Assembly: GCA_951406725.2 (NCBI GenBank)
Contig: OX597817.1
Coordinates: 107,694,001-107,758,000, forward strand
From: Octopus vulgaris
Taxonomy: Eukaryota
Length of the DNA stretch: 64,000 bases
Reading direction: 5' to 3'
Below, piece by piece: positions 1 through 12,752 of the stretch; position 1 is the stretch's first letter; the number at the start of each line of letters is the position of its first letter. The position numbers were made by a program, and so were the translations under genes. The notes beneath the pieces were generated by a model, which was given only the letters and a program-made list of their open reading frames with translations, made no database searches and was not told the DNA's origin.

Positions 1-779
1 GTTTAGTCATATAGTCTTTCTGAAGTTCCTCTCTGCTATGTTTTGTATGCTGTACATAAGGTCTGTCAATTTATAAACCATGTTAATTAGAAAGCCATGC
101 TGTTTGAAGTGTTAATTTAGGGTAAATTGTGTGTGCGCATACATATTCATGCACATACACACTCGCTCACACTCTGGTGAGAGTGTGACACTGCACTAGT
201 ATTCAGCAGGTTCTCATTTCTCCTAAGTTGACTAAAGCCATGGGAAATGAATTGCCTTACTCAATGGTACAATGTACTGCTTGGTTCAAGAATGGAACCC
301 ACAACTTAGTGCTACATGCCTTTATGTGATTCTTATTGTGTATTATCTTAACTCTCTCTCTCTCTCTCTCTTTCTCTCTCGTGTGTGTGCAAATTACAAA
401 CATAGATATGTGTGAGAGTTGATAATAAATATCACATTGTTTTATTGATGAGTTACTAAATTATGAGAAAGTCATGTGTTCTTCAATAAATAATAAAAGG
501 TGACTTTTAAGGTATATTTGATATGTTATAATGTCATTGAAGTATGACTGCTACTATCATCAAAGTATAAGCATATGTTATTCGTGTAACTGATATTTTA
601 TGTAACTTCTTAGTTACATGAATAAAAGATACATTTAAACATTATTTTATTGGTTTGGTTAGGAAGAAGTGTTTGTGTCCATGGCTTTTGCAAGCCCTTT
701 GAGGCTGATGATGCTGATATGGCTACTATTCTTCCTGAATGGTTGATAGCTACATAAAATATCTGCTGGATAGAATTCC

Positions 780-1900
780 AATGAATTGATGTCTCCTGAA
801 GAAAGATCTAGGCTTAGTAGTTATTATGAGGCATGGTGGTGGATACACCATGTATGATGAAAGGAAGAGGAGGAGAGAAAAGTGAGTTGGTAATACATGA
901 TGTTTTGATGACAAAAGACAAGGCATCTGTAAGAAGCAACAGCTACTGTAGTAGTGGTAGAATAAAGGAAGGACAAGAACTTGACCCTCATGCATGTAAG
1001 TATGTGGTGTCAGTGGATGGTCAATGAAACACTGAAGTAGTGGTCAACAAAGCAGATATGTTTTCCAACAGTAGCAACAGTAACAAAAAGACACACACAG
1101 AAATATGTTGGAACCTGTGGGCCATAGGTTAGAATGTGATGGTGAATGACTTCATGCTAGTCAGTTGAAGGTCCTTTGTTTGGATGAAGTGTAGGATGTC
1201 TGTGTATGTAGCAGTTGAAGTACTGTGCCAGATGTGGAATCAATACTTCAGTTAGGGTCTTTCTGAAACTTTGTAGCAGATTATTAGTAACTGGGAGAGG
1301 GTGGAATTATTTTATTAGTCTGAAGAGAAAAAACTTGTCTTTCTCACACAGTTTTGGCTATGTTGACAAAATATGTTTGACAGGAGAGATCCTTAGTGAT
1401 GGTGAGGGCTTAGCATTTTCAGTGAGTGACTTTGAGGCTTCTAGTTGCATGCTGTTCATGTTCAGTGAGAGTAATAATGTTTTCTTGATAGGTGTAATGA
1501 CTGTGTTTCAGTTGTTGAAGATGTGACTTGATATGACCTCAATTAGATAATGGAATCAGTGCAGATTTGTTATTAGGTGTCTAGGTTGCATACAAATGAC
1601 ATTTGGGTGTGGAAGCTTAGGGAGAATGAAGGGTAGTATCATCTGCATGGGACTCAGTGTCATAGAAAATGGTGACAAAAAGTTTCTGGAGGAAGAGTGT
1701 GGAATACGCAACCAAACAAAGGAACAATTCAGTGTTGATAGAATGTGGGTAAGAGAGAGTGCCATCAGCACTTGATCTGATAAGAAGACACCTACTTTAA
1801 AGATTTGGGGTGAATGGAACTCGTAGATGGGATGCTTAAGGATAGGAGCTAATATAGGGTTTTGAAAGGCACTCATAGGTCAGAAGGTGGTGTTAAACTG
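780..1900 (-). mobile_element. Highly decayed CR1/L2-group LINE reverse transcriptase remnant
   Basis: Minus-strand fragments resemble RT motifs (HEGQVLVLPLF ~ PQGSVLGPLLF; TVITPIKK ~ AVITPIPKK). Many stops and frameshifts; boundaries approximate. Confidence 0.35.
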
Positions 1901-3124
1901 ATAGGTATGATATGTCCTTTCTCATCACATAAAAAAGGATGTTCATCAACAAAGCATCTTGAGATCAGCATACCTCACTTTTTCCTATGTTTTCTTATAT
2001 CTTCCTTTTCTACAGATTCCTTGCATATGGGATAACTTGACACTTCTTAACTCAGCATTTTCTGTATGCATCACATATCTGAAACAGTGCAATCTTTTCT
2101 TTTGCTGGCTGCATCTGACAGCTCTTATAACCAGCTTTTCTCTCAACTCATTTGTGCTCTGTCATTCATGCATACTAACATTTTACAATTAATATTCTAG
2201 TGAAGCAGGTTTTATCTTATTTTTTTGCTATATTTTAATCATCCTCTGCATTCAGTGCTCATATTTCACTCTCATGCAACATTGCTCTTCATTCACAAGT
2301 GTCATATGATCTGTGCTTCACTCAAGTGAGTAAATTGCTTTGTTGCTTGCAGAGGTAGTAGCTACTTAAGCATTTTCTACCCTATTCTTTCACTGGCTTC
2401 CATGCTTCTGGAGCATAAACCTCCACTGCTTATAAGATAACCTAAGTAGCAGACACTGTCAACTAATTTTAGGGTGTCCTCAGAACATTTCATAGGTGCA
2501 CTTACTACTTACTATTTCTGTGCATCTTCTAAATACAAAGTTTTTCTTCTCTTCTCACCTTGCTGTGACCCCTGTATACCTCTTGTGTACATGTTTACTT
2601 AAGGAAGAACATTTGGAACATAAATGTAGTAAAGCAAATCAATACCTCTCGATCTAGAGCACTCAAAGGCATCACATTTGGCCAACAGAAAGAGACAACT
2701 ACATGTAGTTTATAAGTTATATATGTCAATATCACGATTATTTAATTCTACCTGGTTCCCCCAAACATTATAAATAAAGAACATTAAATAATGCATTTTG
2801 CATCAATCTAATCTGCGATAAGCTAATTCAAACCAAAATACACAAAATGAAATGTCATATGGAGATGTGATGGATATGATTCTTATCTGCAGCAAGCTCC
2901 AGCTTCTGTTACTTCATGTTCAGTCACCCAGACACGTCCACAAGACACCAGAGTGCTACTACAATCCCTTCCTAAATGCCCTATCCTATACACTCACTCC
3001 AGGCAAACATATGTCTGAAGCTCTGGATTTGTGGATCATTGAACTATTTACCTATGTGCCTAAGGTATGTCCCATCAGGGCTGACTAGAGCCATGCAATG
3101 AGTTATCAAATATTACAGTGCTCA

Positions 3125-3340
3125 AGGCAGTGAACTGGCAGAATTGTCAGCACACTGGGTAAAATGCTTAGCAGCATTTTGTTCATCTTTATGTTCTGAG
3201 TTCAAATTCTGCTAAAGTTGACTTTGCATTTCATACTTTCAGGGTTGATAAAACAAGTATCGCTTGATCACTGAAGTCAATGTAATTGACTTATCCATCC
3301 TCTTAAATTGCTGGTCTTGTGTCAAAATTTGAAACCAATT
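3125..3340 (+). mobile_element. tRNA-derived SINE, family B
   Basis: ggcagtgaactggcagaattgtcagc head, B-box-like gttctgagttcaaattc, body ctttcagggttgataaaacaagta. The same sequence recurs at 34663, 37185 and elsewhere. Confidence 0.75.
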
Positions 3341-4004
3341 ATTACAATGATCCATTTCTTTAGTGGTAGAGTTGTTCTAATCATTCAGTGCTTATTTTCT
3401 GCTGAATACATGGGCTATCTGAGAGTCTTGATCAAGGACAGAATTTAATATCAGCAACAAAATAGAGACCACTGACCTCCATCAACTTATCTATTTACAT
3501 TCTTGTCTCATGTATATGACTTATAAAATGAAGTTTGTCTAGTATAGATAACATAGTATAATCTGTAAGATAGCCTTCGGATTACAGTACACTTTTATTG
3601 AATGGAAAATTCTGTCTAGTGTTTTTGCTTCAATTCTTTTAATTAAAAAAAAAATGTTTCCATAGATCAGAATTACAGGATAATGAGTAATCAAAGTAGT
3701 ATAAAAAATGTTTAAATCTGGAATTAACATTCAAACTTGTATTAATATTCGATTAAAGTTATATTAAAAAATAAAATAGCTGCCATTCAAATTTTAATCG
3801 ATAAAAAATTTCAGCTTTTCACAAAATATATTTGAATTTTGCATGAATTTTAATCACATGAGCTTCTATGGATAACTATATTCACTAGAATTGTTAGGCT
3901 AATAATGGTAATTTGTGTCAGTATGAATTGGATTGCTAATATATACATACATACACAAAAGATCTTGTACCTTGAGATGCTGTAGATATTATTTTGCATA
4001 AAGC

Positions 4005-4174
4005 CTAATCATGATGTTCAGTCATATTTTGTTTTGATACATTGCCAAAAGCTGGTAAAAACTGATGTCCATATCTGACCACTGAAGTTAGCCTGTCAAA
4101 CAGGTCATTTCTGAGATTGGTAACTGTTGTGTTGAGAGTCATTGATACCCCTGTGGGATTGGAAGAATGGAGTA

Positions 4175-4177
<3 letters not shown>
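4005..4177 (+). mobile_element. Possible Penelope-type pLTR fragment with a very degenerate hammerhead-like motif
   Basis: ctgaagtt-agCCTGtcaaaCAGGtca-ttctgaga-ttggt at 4082-4121; ends abruptly in (TA)n, as several other pLTR-like fragments here do. Confidence 0.3.
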
Positions 4178-4205
<28 letters not shown>

Positions 4206-4727
4206 TATATATATATATACATACATACACACATACATGTACACATAAGAAAAACCATACTTTCCCATACCTATATATACATACTTACATACATATACAT
4301 GTATATATACACTCAAGCAATGCATACTCCTAGATACAGACACAATACACATATTCATCTATACATACAAAGCCCTATACCTACACATACTTACATGCTC
4401 AGAAATAGGGTTACAATCGTTTGTACTTATATGTATGCATACACATATGCATAGATACACATATTTATACATACAAATATACATCTGCACATGCAGCATA
4501 CATGCATATATTTGTACATACATGCATCCACTCAAAAGTATATGGAAGTATCTATCTAGAAAAAGTAAATTGCATGCTAGTTAGGGTTGGAAGAACCAAG
4601 ACATAAAGTGCAATGGGAGGATATGGCAAACATGGTGACCATGTACAGGAAGGTGTTGATAATAGGAATATTATCATGATACAATTAAGGAGGAGCATTG
4701 GTGCTAGTGGGAATTAAATAACTAGTA

Positions 4728-5355
4728 CTAATGGTATTTTGAAAAAGTGTGCTTGGTTTTGTGAAGGCAGGAAACATATCTCTCAAGAGAATTCACAAGC
4801 GGAAGGTTGGCTTTAATCATGAAGAAAATTTCATTTACACATAACATACATTTTCTATTCTTTGTACTATATGCTGGTGCTGTTGTTAAAATCTCCCAAT
4901 GTAGGTTATACTCAATTCCCTTATCCTTAAGTCCTCATATGTAGTTGCTCAATCCTGTTGAATTTCTCCTATTTCTGTCTCTAAAGGTATATCTATGGGG
5001 ATTAAGTCTATGTTTCATATTATTCTGGGTTGCTCCTACATATACCTTATTATCAGATTGCGTACATTGATATACTACTTCCTTTCTAATGCAATTATTG
5101 TTGAATACACAATTCCTGCTAATTCTACAATCACAGGTTCTATATCCTACTATGTCCATTGCTTCCGCTGAGTCTGGTGAGCCCATTGTGATATCAAAGA
5201 GTTCAGGTGTGTCTTTTCTGACCCATAGTTTGTTATCAAATTCTATAACAGTCTTTCGGGCAGTAAGTATCATGTTTATCTCCCTCATATTTAGGTTAGT
5301 ATATCTCCTGGCGAAAATGAGAGTGCTATTAAGAACAATAGGGTTTATAATATCA
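4728..5355 (-). mobile_element. Penelope-like element relic (RT fragment fused by internal deletion to a GIY-YIG endonuclease)
   Basis: Translation gives FDITMGSPDSAEAMDIVG (PLE RT), then CDCRISRNCVFNNNCIRKEVVYQC...VYVGATQNNMKHRLNPH...STGLSNYI*GLKDKGIEYNLHWEIL...KCMLCVNE...CLHKTKH. One TGA at 4935-4937 falls at a Trp position; terminal TAG at 4728. Confidence 0.85.
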
Positions 5356-5376
5356 TAGTTAGGACCAACTCTAGTG

Positions 5377-6420
5377 ATGGTAATGTAGAAACTGAGAAGA
5401 ACATAATGGAGAGCATCCAGCAAATAGCTAACTCCATCCACCAAAGTATCAAGGTACCTATAGATTACCCCACTAAGCACCTCAACAAGAGACTCCCAGT
5501 ACTTGATACTGAATTTTGGTTAGAGACTGTGAACAATAGAGTGAGTGTAGCTCCTCCACTCCTATTACATGAAACCCATAACTTCAAAATATGTTGTTCA
5601 CAAGAACTCAGCTTTGTCACACAACATGAAAATTAACATACTGATAGCAGACTTAGAATAATGAACAATATGTCCCCACTATGTGAATGCTATGAAACAA
5701 AAAAAACATATACAGAACATCATGCACTGCATGCAGTTCTCTGGATATGATCAGAAAAATAGGGTTCGAGTATACAGGGGGCTAGAAAGAAATTAGACAA
5801 CATTATACATAATGATATCGGTTGTACTTGCCCTAGATATAGAAACAAAGAATGGAATTGGATACCAAGAACTTGTGACAAAGCAAACAAGGCGAACACA
5901 TGGTATAAAACCGACAAATATCAAGGAGTGATGTTTGTAGAGGCCACAGCCCATGGAGAACTAGCCTGTAGATTTAGAAAAGCTCTGAAGGAGACCAAAC
6001 TCAATATTAAGATTGTTGAAAAGCCAGAGAACTCTGTCAGATCACAACTATGTAGGATGTACTCCTTTGAGAATACCATATGCACCAATGATAACTGTAT
6101 GGTATGTAGGATTAACCCTGGCATTAACTGTGGAACTTGAAATATAGTTTACAGCATAAGATGCATAGAAGGTGCTTGCAAAGACATAAACATGACGTAC
6201 ATAGGGGAGACATCTAGGAGCATTGCGGAATGACTAAATGAATATCTGAGACAATATGACGTTGAAAAACAGTCCTTCATACTCTACCAAATGCCAAAGA
6301 CCACCATAGAGGCAACTTGACATCCACATCTTATCTAAGCACCCAAAAGACCCAGCACTCAGACAAATACAGGAGTATGTCCTTATAAATGAAACTTCCC
6401 CAATACTAAATAGGAAATAT
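5377..6420 (+). mobile_element. Second, different Penelope-like element relic (RT thumb + GIY-YIG)
   Basis: IANSIHQSIKVPIDYP...LPVLDTEFW; VMFVEATAHGELACRF...CTNDNCMVC...NCGT*NIVYSIRC...TYIGETSRSIAE*L...PILNRK. Frameshifts and stops present. Confidence 0.85.
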
Positions 6421-6738
6421 ACATAGTAGATATCATGCCTCCATACCCACAGTTTACATAGGTAGAGTAGAATAGTTAGTGGGGTGTTATGTAGATAGAT
6501 GTATGTATGTGTGTATGCACATGTATGTAAGCATATGGATATGAAAATAAACAGATCAACATACAGACGGATAGGTACATAGGCTATATGAACAGACAAG
6601 CACACATACGCAAATGGAGACCGAAACACATGACCATATATACACACACACTTTACTCCACACAAGGACACATATGGTGACACATGTCTACACATATAGA
6701 GATGCACATCCATACATACAAACATGGTACATAGCTGC

Positions 6739-6771
<33 letters not shown>

Positions 6772-6989
6772 GGAGACAGAGGTGCATACATATACAAACA
6801 CCTGCTCACACACACACACTTACATATAGAATACACAAACATGGATATGCAAGCACATGAATATGCAGAATACATACATACATACATATGCACACACATA
6901 CATACATACATGCATAGGCACTTCCTTAATTTGAATATTAAACATTAAAGACTTCATTCATACATTTCTACACATACATACTTTTTTGA

Positions 6990-7472
6990 ATGCCCGTTAC
7001 TCCTATAATTCTGCATTTTTACAGTTACACTCTTTCCATGGCAGTAGATAAATGTTTTATTCCACAACGTATTTGTAGTGGCTTCATGCAAGCATAGCAT
7101 GGATTCGATTGCCAAATTTCACTTAACACTTCAACAGTGCTTTTCTCATGGTAAAATAATAGTTTTTCTGTGAATGACAGCAGTTATACATTTCCCAGAC
7201 GCCTTCGCTAAGCAGAATAATGTCTTTGTCTCTCACCAACCTCTGAAGACCTCTCTCACCAACCTGTGACAATCTTTCTCGCCAACCTCCAAAAACTTCT
7301 CCCGCCAACCTCCTAACAATCTCTCCCTCCTCCAGCTGACAATTTTTTGTACTTTTCCGTGACGGAAAATACACCTTTTGTGGCAGTTATAATGAAATTT
7401 CTTTCTTATATCAGAGTAATAAGTCATTTCAATACATCTTTACCCCCGGGAATTACCAGGTACACCAGCTAG
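6990..7472 (+). mobile_element. Possible non-autonomous Helitron (3' end) with internal ~22-bp tandem repeats
   Basis: GC-rich hairpin tacccccgggaattaccaggta followed by CTAG (7469-7472) and T; degenerate ctctcaccaacct repeats at 7230-7335. 5' end not identifiable. Confidence 0.4.
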
Positions 7473-7473
7473 T

Positions 7474-7484
7474 ATGTATATATG

Positions 7485-7532
<48 letters not shown>

Positions 7533-7550
7533 AATATATATACACATATG

Positions 7551-7615
<65 letters not shown>

Positions 7616-8355
7616 GTATATATATGTATGTATATATACATATGTATATATATGTATGTATATATACATATGTATATATATGTATGTATATATACATATG
7701 TATATATATGTATGTATATATGCATATGTATATATATGTATGTATATATGCATATGTATATGTATGTATATATATATGTGTATATATGTATGTATATGTA
7801 TGTATATATATGTATGTATATGTATGTATATATATGTATTTATATATGTATGTATATATATGTATTTGTACATATGTATGTATATATATGTATTTATACA
7901 TATGTATGTATATATATGTATTTATACATATGTATGTATATATATTATATGTATATGTATATATACATATACATATGTATGTATATATATATATGTATAT
8001 GTATATATACATATACATATATATTTATATGTATATATACATATGTATATATATGTATATATACATATGTATGTATATATATATATGTATATGTATATAT
8101 ACATATACATATATATTTATATGTATATATACATATGTATATATATGTATATATACATATATATGTATATGTATATATACATATGTAGAGATTTATATGT
8201 AGGTATTTATGTTTATATGTGTATATGTAGAGATATATATGTAGATATATATATATATATATATATATATGCATATGTATGTGTGTGTATATATATATAT
8301 GCATATGTATGTGTGCATATATATATACATATATATGTATGTATGTATGTATATA
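7474..8355. repeat. Compound (CA)n/(TA)n/(TATG)n microsatellite, ~880 bp
   Basis: Directly visible; source of the Y/I/C/M/V-rich pseudo-ORFs. Confidence 0.97.
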
Positions 8356-8963
8356 TTTATTTTGATCACATTTCACTTATGTAAATGCATCCATATATGA
8401 ACTATCTTATCAAATACATTTCTTTATTAAAGACAAGTTGTTAATTTTAAAACTGACTTTTATCTACAATTTCCAAATTTTGAACTGGAAAGAAAAAAAA
8501 AATGAATACAAACAAAGCAATAAATAAAATAAAAACAGACATGCAAAAGAAACCAATAAAAAACATTTCTCTATTTTGAAGATTATTTTCTTTTATTCAT
8601 TATTAGCAGTTGATATTTACATTGTTGCTAATCTAGTTATTGATGAATATTATTCTGGCTTGTTATCTATTACTTGATTCTAATTGACTCTAAATTATAT
8701 TACTCTTGAAGAAGTTCTGTTGTTGCCTTGATATATCGTAGTGTTATGTGTTGGTATACTATTGTTTTATGGTAATTTAGTTGGTGTGGTGTATAATTTT
8801 TCTTGTACACACTTTATTAACTCTGCCTCATCCCTTGATATATGGTATTCTCAAGAAGATTGCTATGAGTGTGTCTGGTTGTAACTGCATTGCATCCGAA
8901 GAGGACTTGGTTTGGTCAAAATATAAATTTTTGGTTGATGGTCTCTTTGAGTTTATTACTTAA

Positions 8964-9178
8964 CTCTTTAGCATTTAAAGTGCCTTTATCAGGCCCAAAT
9001 ATTTTTGTATGCTTTATGTGCAAACAAGACAGATCTGGTCTCTCACACCTACCGTACAATGTCATTCTGAAAAGTAAACAATCACATCATCAAAATATGA
9101 AAGCTACAAGATAATGCATGATTAATTTCAAGCCATGTAAATAAAAAAAAAAATTTAAGTGATATGAATACTCAAGGG
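8964..9178 (-). mobile_element. piggyBac-type MITE, family B
   Basis: TTAA at 8960-8963 and 9179-9182; termini ctctttagcatt...tactcaaggg. Reverse complement matches 11154-11373 and 50182-50388. Confidence 0.75.
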
Positions 9179-9185
9179 TTAATCG

Positions 9186-9566
9186 TTCATCTTTTACTCG
9201 CTCCAGTCATTTGATTGTGAACAAGCTGAGGCACCATGTTCAAGGGTTTAGTGAAAACAAAACCCCAGAACTAATTTTCAAGTCTGGTATTTATTCTGTT
9301 AGTCTTCTTCACTGAATTACTAAGTTGATATGATGTAAACAAACCAGCACTGGTTGTCAAGCAATGATGGTGGCAGGAAAACACACACACACAAATATAC
9401 AGTGGATTTCCACTCAGTCTCTGTTTACCAAAATCAGTCACATGACGTTGATTAGCCTAAGGCTGTAGTAGAAGACACTGCTTGCCCAGGGTGATGCACA
9501 GTGGGACAGAACTCAAAACCACATGATTGCAAAGTGATCTCCTTAATCCCACAGCTATGTCTACAC
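9186..9566 (-). mobile_element. tRNA-derived SINE, family A (CORE-like ttgggcaagtgtcttct block)
   Basis: Tail ttttact..cagtcattt, central (CA)n, head agaagacact..gcccagggt..gtgggacagaac. Multi-copy in the window. Confidence 0.75.
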
Positions 9567-9669
9567 CATTTTCAGCATGAAGCTAGAAATATTTTCTCAT
9601 ATAGAATTAATTGATTTGTATATCTCTTGTGTTATATAATTACTCACCTGCGTGTATGGATGTGTGTTG

Positions 9670-9702
<33 letters not shown>

Positions 9703-9707
9703 TTTAC

Positions 9708-9965
9708 ATGAAGTTAAATCTATGTCCGGTCATAGAGTGACCAATAGTTTCGCAGCCATACAGCACTTAGCTTTATAGATGACACATCAGACTCCAGTGC
9801 TTGTGACCATTGGAGTCTGATGAATTGTCTATAAAGCTAAGTGCTTTATGGGTGTGAGACGATTGGTCATGCTATGACTGGCTATATAATTAGCTTCATA
9901 TAAATACATTATCGCTCTAACTTCCAGAGTGTGCTTCTTTTTTGGATATATGATCCACTGACACT
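9708..9965. mobile_element. Fold-back element: 92-bp inverted arms, each containing a hammerhead motif (inverted Penelope-type pLTR pair)
   Basis: Arms 9708-9799 and 9808-9899 align without gaps (18 differences); 8-nt loop; ~65-nt right-side extension; (TA)n on both flanks. Confidence 0.8.
9812..9873 (+). ncRNA. Degenerate type I hammerhead ribozyme motif (mirror copy on the - strand at 9734-9795)
   Basis: ggagt-CTGATGA(9817-9823)-stem ctataaagc/gctttatgg-GAGA(9856-9859)-cgattg-GTC. The mirror copy reads ggagt-CTGATGT-stem-GAAA-ctattg-GTC-actct with intact helix I. Confidence 0.65.
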
Positions 9966-10384
9966 ATATATATATAGATAATGTGGATGAACAAATATTG
10001 TTTGAAATGAAATCTCATGTTTTATATTTAACTTTTAAAGCAAGCATAGAAAAGGTAATTTTTACAAATGTAAATCATAAATTCCAGAACATTTCTTGTT
10101 TTGGAATATAGCAGAATCCTTTCCTATTGCTAACTACTTTGCTGTGAAGTTGGAGAAGAACAATATCTTATAAACATGATTCTTTTATATTTTTCTCTTA
10201 GCAATGCACTATAACTCTAATTCCAGCTTATCTCATATGTCTGATACCTAAATTTGAAATTCCTCTATTTTTTTTCTTTCAGTTAATCTTAAGGGGATAT
10301 GTAGAGCTGTTAGTTTTCGAGTTTTCTCTTGAAAATTTTCTATATAAATCATCCAATTTATCCTATATTGTATCTTTTATTGTT

Positions 10385-10575
10385 TATCTTGTTTCAGTCA
10401 TTGGTCTGTGGCCATGCTGGGGCACTGCCTTGAAGGGTTTTAATCAAATTGAATTCAGTACTATTTTTTAAGCCTAGTACTTATTCAATCAGTCTTTTTT
10501 GCTAAACTGCTAAGTTATGGGGGTATGAATAAAACAAAACCAATTGTCCAGGATGAATACAGACACACACACATG

Positions 10576-10645
<70 letters not shown>

Positions 10646-10763
10646 GTGGGCTTCCATACAGTTTCCATCTATCAATTTTATTCAAAAAGCATTGTCTTGC
10701 TTGAGTCTATAGTAGAAGACAGTTACTCAAGGTATTGTGCAATGGGACTGAACTCAAACCGCA
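10385..10763 (-). mobile_element. SINE family A
   Basis: Same tail and head blocks as 9186-9566, with an internal (TA)n. Confidence 0.75.
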
Positions 10764-10790
10764 AGTTTATCTATGATAAACTTCCATTAA

Positions 10791-11128
10791 CCGTTTAGAT
10801 GCTAGCCCAACTCTGTTTTGTTTAAAAGCTGCTGTTTTTAAGTGTCCATAAAATATAGTTTTCACCTGAAATCTAGTCAATCATAACCAATAATTACTTT
10901 GTATTGTCTATTGTTCTAATAATCCTGTTTTTGTTTTTGGAATATGCTGCATAAATGGATGCATTGATGGGTTGAATTAATATCTTGCATCATAATTTTA
11001 TATGAGAACAATTTTTGCTATATTCCATACACATTAGTTTACTAAATCCTTTTAAATTCTTCAATATTTCTAAAATTAACTGAAACATATGGACATAGTT
11101 TTACATTAGAAATATCCTCACAATAGGG
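10791..11128 (-). mobile_element. Decayed piggyBac-type MITE, family A-like
   Basis: TTAA at 10787-10790 and 11129-11132; right part is a reverse-complement match to the start of 27430-27649. Confidence 0.45.
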
Positions 11129-11153
11129 TTAACAATCTCCGAACAATCTTTAA

Positions 11154-11373
11154 CCCTTTAACATTCAGACTATGCTGTCAAATGTAATGCTTATTTATTC
11201 ATATTGTTTTGTATTAATCATATACTACCACTTGGCTTAGAGATTTCAATGTTGTGATTGTTTGTTTTTAAAATGATATTGTAGGGCAGGTGTAAGGGGC
11301 CAAATCTGGTTGGTTTGACTGTAAACTAGTTAGAATATTTGAGCTGGATATGACCAGTTTAAATGCTAATGGG
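11154..11373 (+). mobile_element. piggyBac-type MITE, family B
   Basis: TTAA-ccctttaacattc...aatgctaatggg-TTAG; homologous to 50182-50388. Confidence 0.75.
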
Positions 11374-11454
11374 TTAGAGGTGAAGAATGTCCAGCTTCAA
11401 CATTAAATCCTCAAAAGAGGAGTGGTTGGTTAAAAAAAAAGCCTGGCTTGCTAT

Positions 11455-11880
11455 CTTCAATTTCGTTTTTATGCCTATCCACACCTAGGGTCATGAATGT
11501 TGGGTAATGACTGAAAGAGTATAATTGCAAATACAAGAGGCTGAAATCGGGTTCCTCTGAAGGATTTCTTGGGTAGCATTACTCAACAGGGTGCATAGCT
11601 TAGAGATCAGGGAGTCCTGTCTGCATTGAGTGGTCACAGCTCCAGTAGTACAGCTGTGATTAGAATGTCACAGGAAAGAATTGCAAAATGGATTCTTCTA
11701 GCTGAGCCAATTGGCAGGAGACTTAGGAGTAGGCCAAGAGCAAGATGGTTAGATAACATATATAGTCTCAGTTGGTTACACTTGGGAATCTAGCCAGAAA
11801 GTGTAATTGCTTCTGATAGGATTCTACTCCCAGAGCCCTCCCAGGAATAGTGGGTGGAGACGGGTGTGTGGATAAGACTT
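11455..11880 (+). mobile_element. RTE-clade LINE 3' fragment (second RTE family)
   Basis: Reads GHECWVMTERV..QIQEAEIGFL..I and RPRARWLDNI with stops; a related copy is on the - strand at 44390-44790. Confidence 0.7.
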
Positions 11881-12291
11881 GGTAGCTCAAGCTAGAAATG
11901 TAAATAGATATTTCTTTCCGTTGGTTATCTCTTGCTATATGTCTCATTGTGCAGAGTTGTCCTCCACTACTCAATTATTATGTTTGTGGGCTTATTGTCT
12001 CGTAAAATATTTTTTTCAAATTGTATATTTTTACTTTTCCTTGTGGAGAAATCTGAAACAACCTTTTAAACGTTTATAATAGTTTAAATTGTTTTTCTCT
12101 ATCTTTTTCAGAAATCAAAACAATTAATTGCATACAATATAGACATGTATTTTGTTATTTCGTAACTGGATCCCTTTTAAAACATTTTTTTTTGTTAAAT
12201 CTTGAATAGAACTAATACACTGAGAAGTAGTTTGTAATCCTGGGAAAAAAATTATACATGCACGCACACACATGCATACACATACACACAA

Positions 12292-12452
12292 CCGGCTTCA
12301 TTCATTTTCCATCTGCCAGATCCACTCACAAGGCTTTGGTTGACCTGAGTCTATAATAGAAGACACTTGCCCAAGGTACCACACAGTGAGATTGAACCCA
12401 GAACCATGTGGTTGGGAAGCAAGTTTCTTATCACACAGCCACACATGCACCT
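12292..12452 (-). mobile_element. SINE family A head
   Basis: atccactcacaaggctttgg...agaagacacttgcccaaggt...gaacccagaaccatgtggttgggaagcaag. Confidence 0.75.
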
Positions 12453-12472
12453 ATATATATATATATATATAT

Positions 12473-12752
12473 AACAAATGAAAAAGGGTGGCATATTAGC
12501 TATTAGAAACTAAAGGCAAAATTAATAGAGGTCACAAAAATGACAGAGGGTACTGATTAGCACCTTTTGCTAAAAATATGAGTTAAAATAACTCAAAAGC
12601 CACAAAAGCACTGAACTTAATGACTGACGAAGGGAGGTAAGTCCCCAGCACATGTAGTTGGATGACAATTTCAGATTTTGATGTAGACCATCTTAATTCT
12701 CATCAGCGAGTCTTAACGCCTAGGGTTAAACTCAGCTACCTCTGTCAGTCTT
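12473..12752 (-). mobile_element. Hammerhead-bearing pLTR-like element, same family as 39111-39457
   Basis: Minus strand reads actcg-CTGATGA-gaatt-aaGATGgtctaCATCaa-aatct-GAAA-ttgtcATC-caact (12656-12711). Downstream blocks cccttcgtcagt / gtgcttttgtg / ggtgct..accctctgtca match 39331-39420. Ends in (TA)n. Confidence 0.65.

Noticed and set aside
4935-6233. In-frame TGA codons in the Penelope-like ORFs as possible selenocysteine
   Set aside because: They fall at positions expected to be Trp or Arg (TGG/CGA to TGA), not Cys. The relics also carry frameshifts or deletions, and no SECIS was recognised.
7440-8384. Long Y/I/C/M/V/H/T-rich ORFs in several frames (also 4005-4606, 6234-6948, 47208-48348, 62987-63256)
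   Set aside because: Alternating purine/pyrimidine microsatellites cannot contain stop codons, so the open frames are artefacts.
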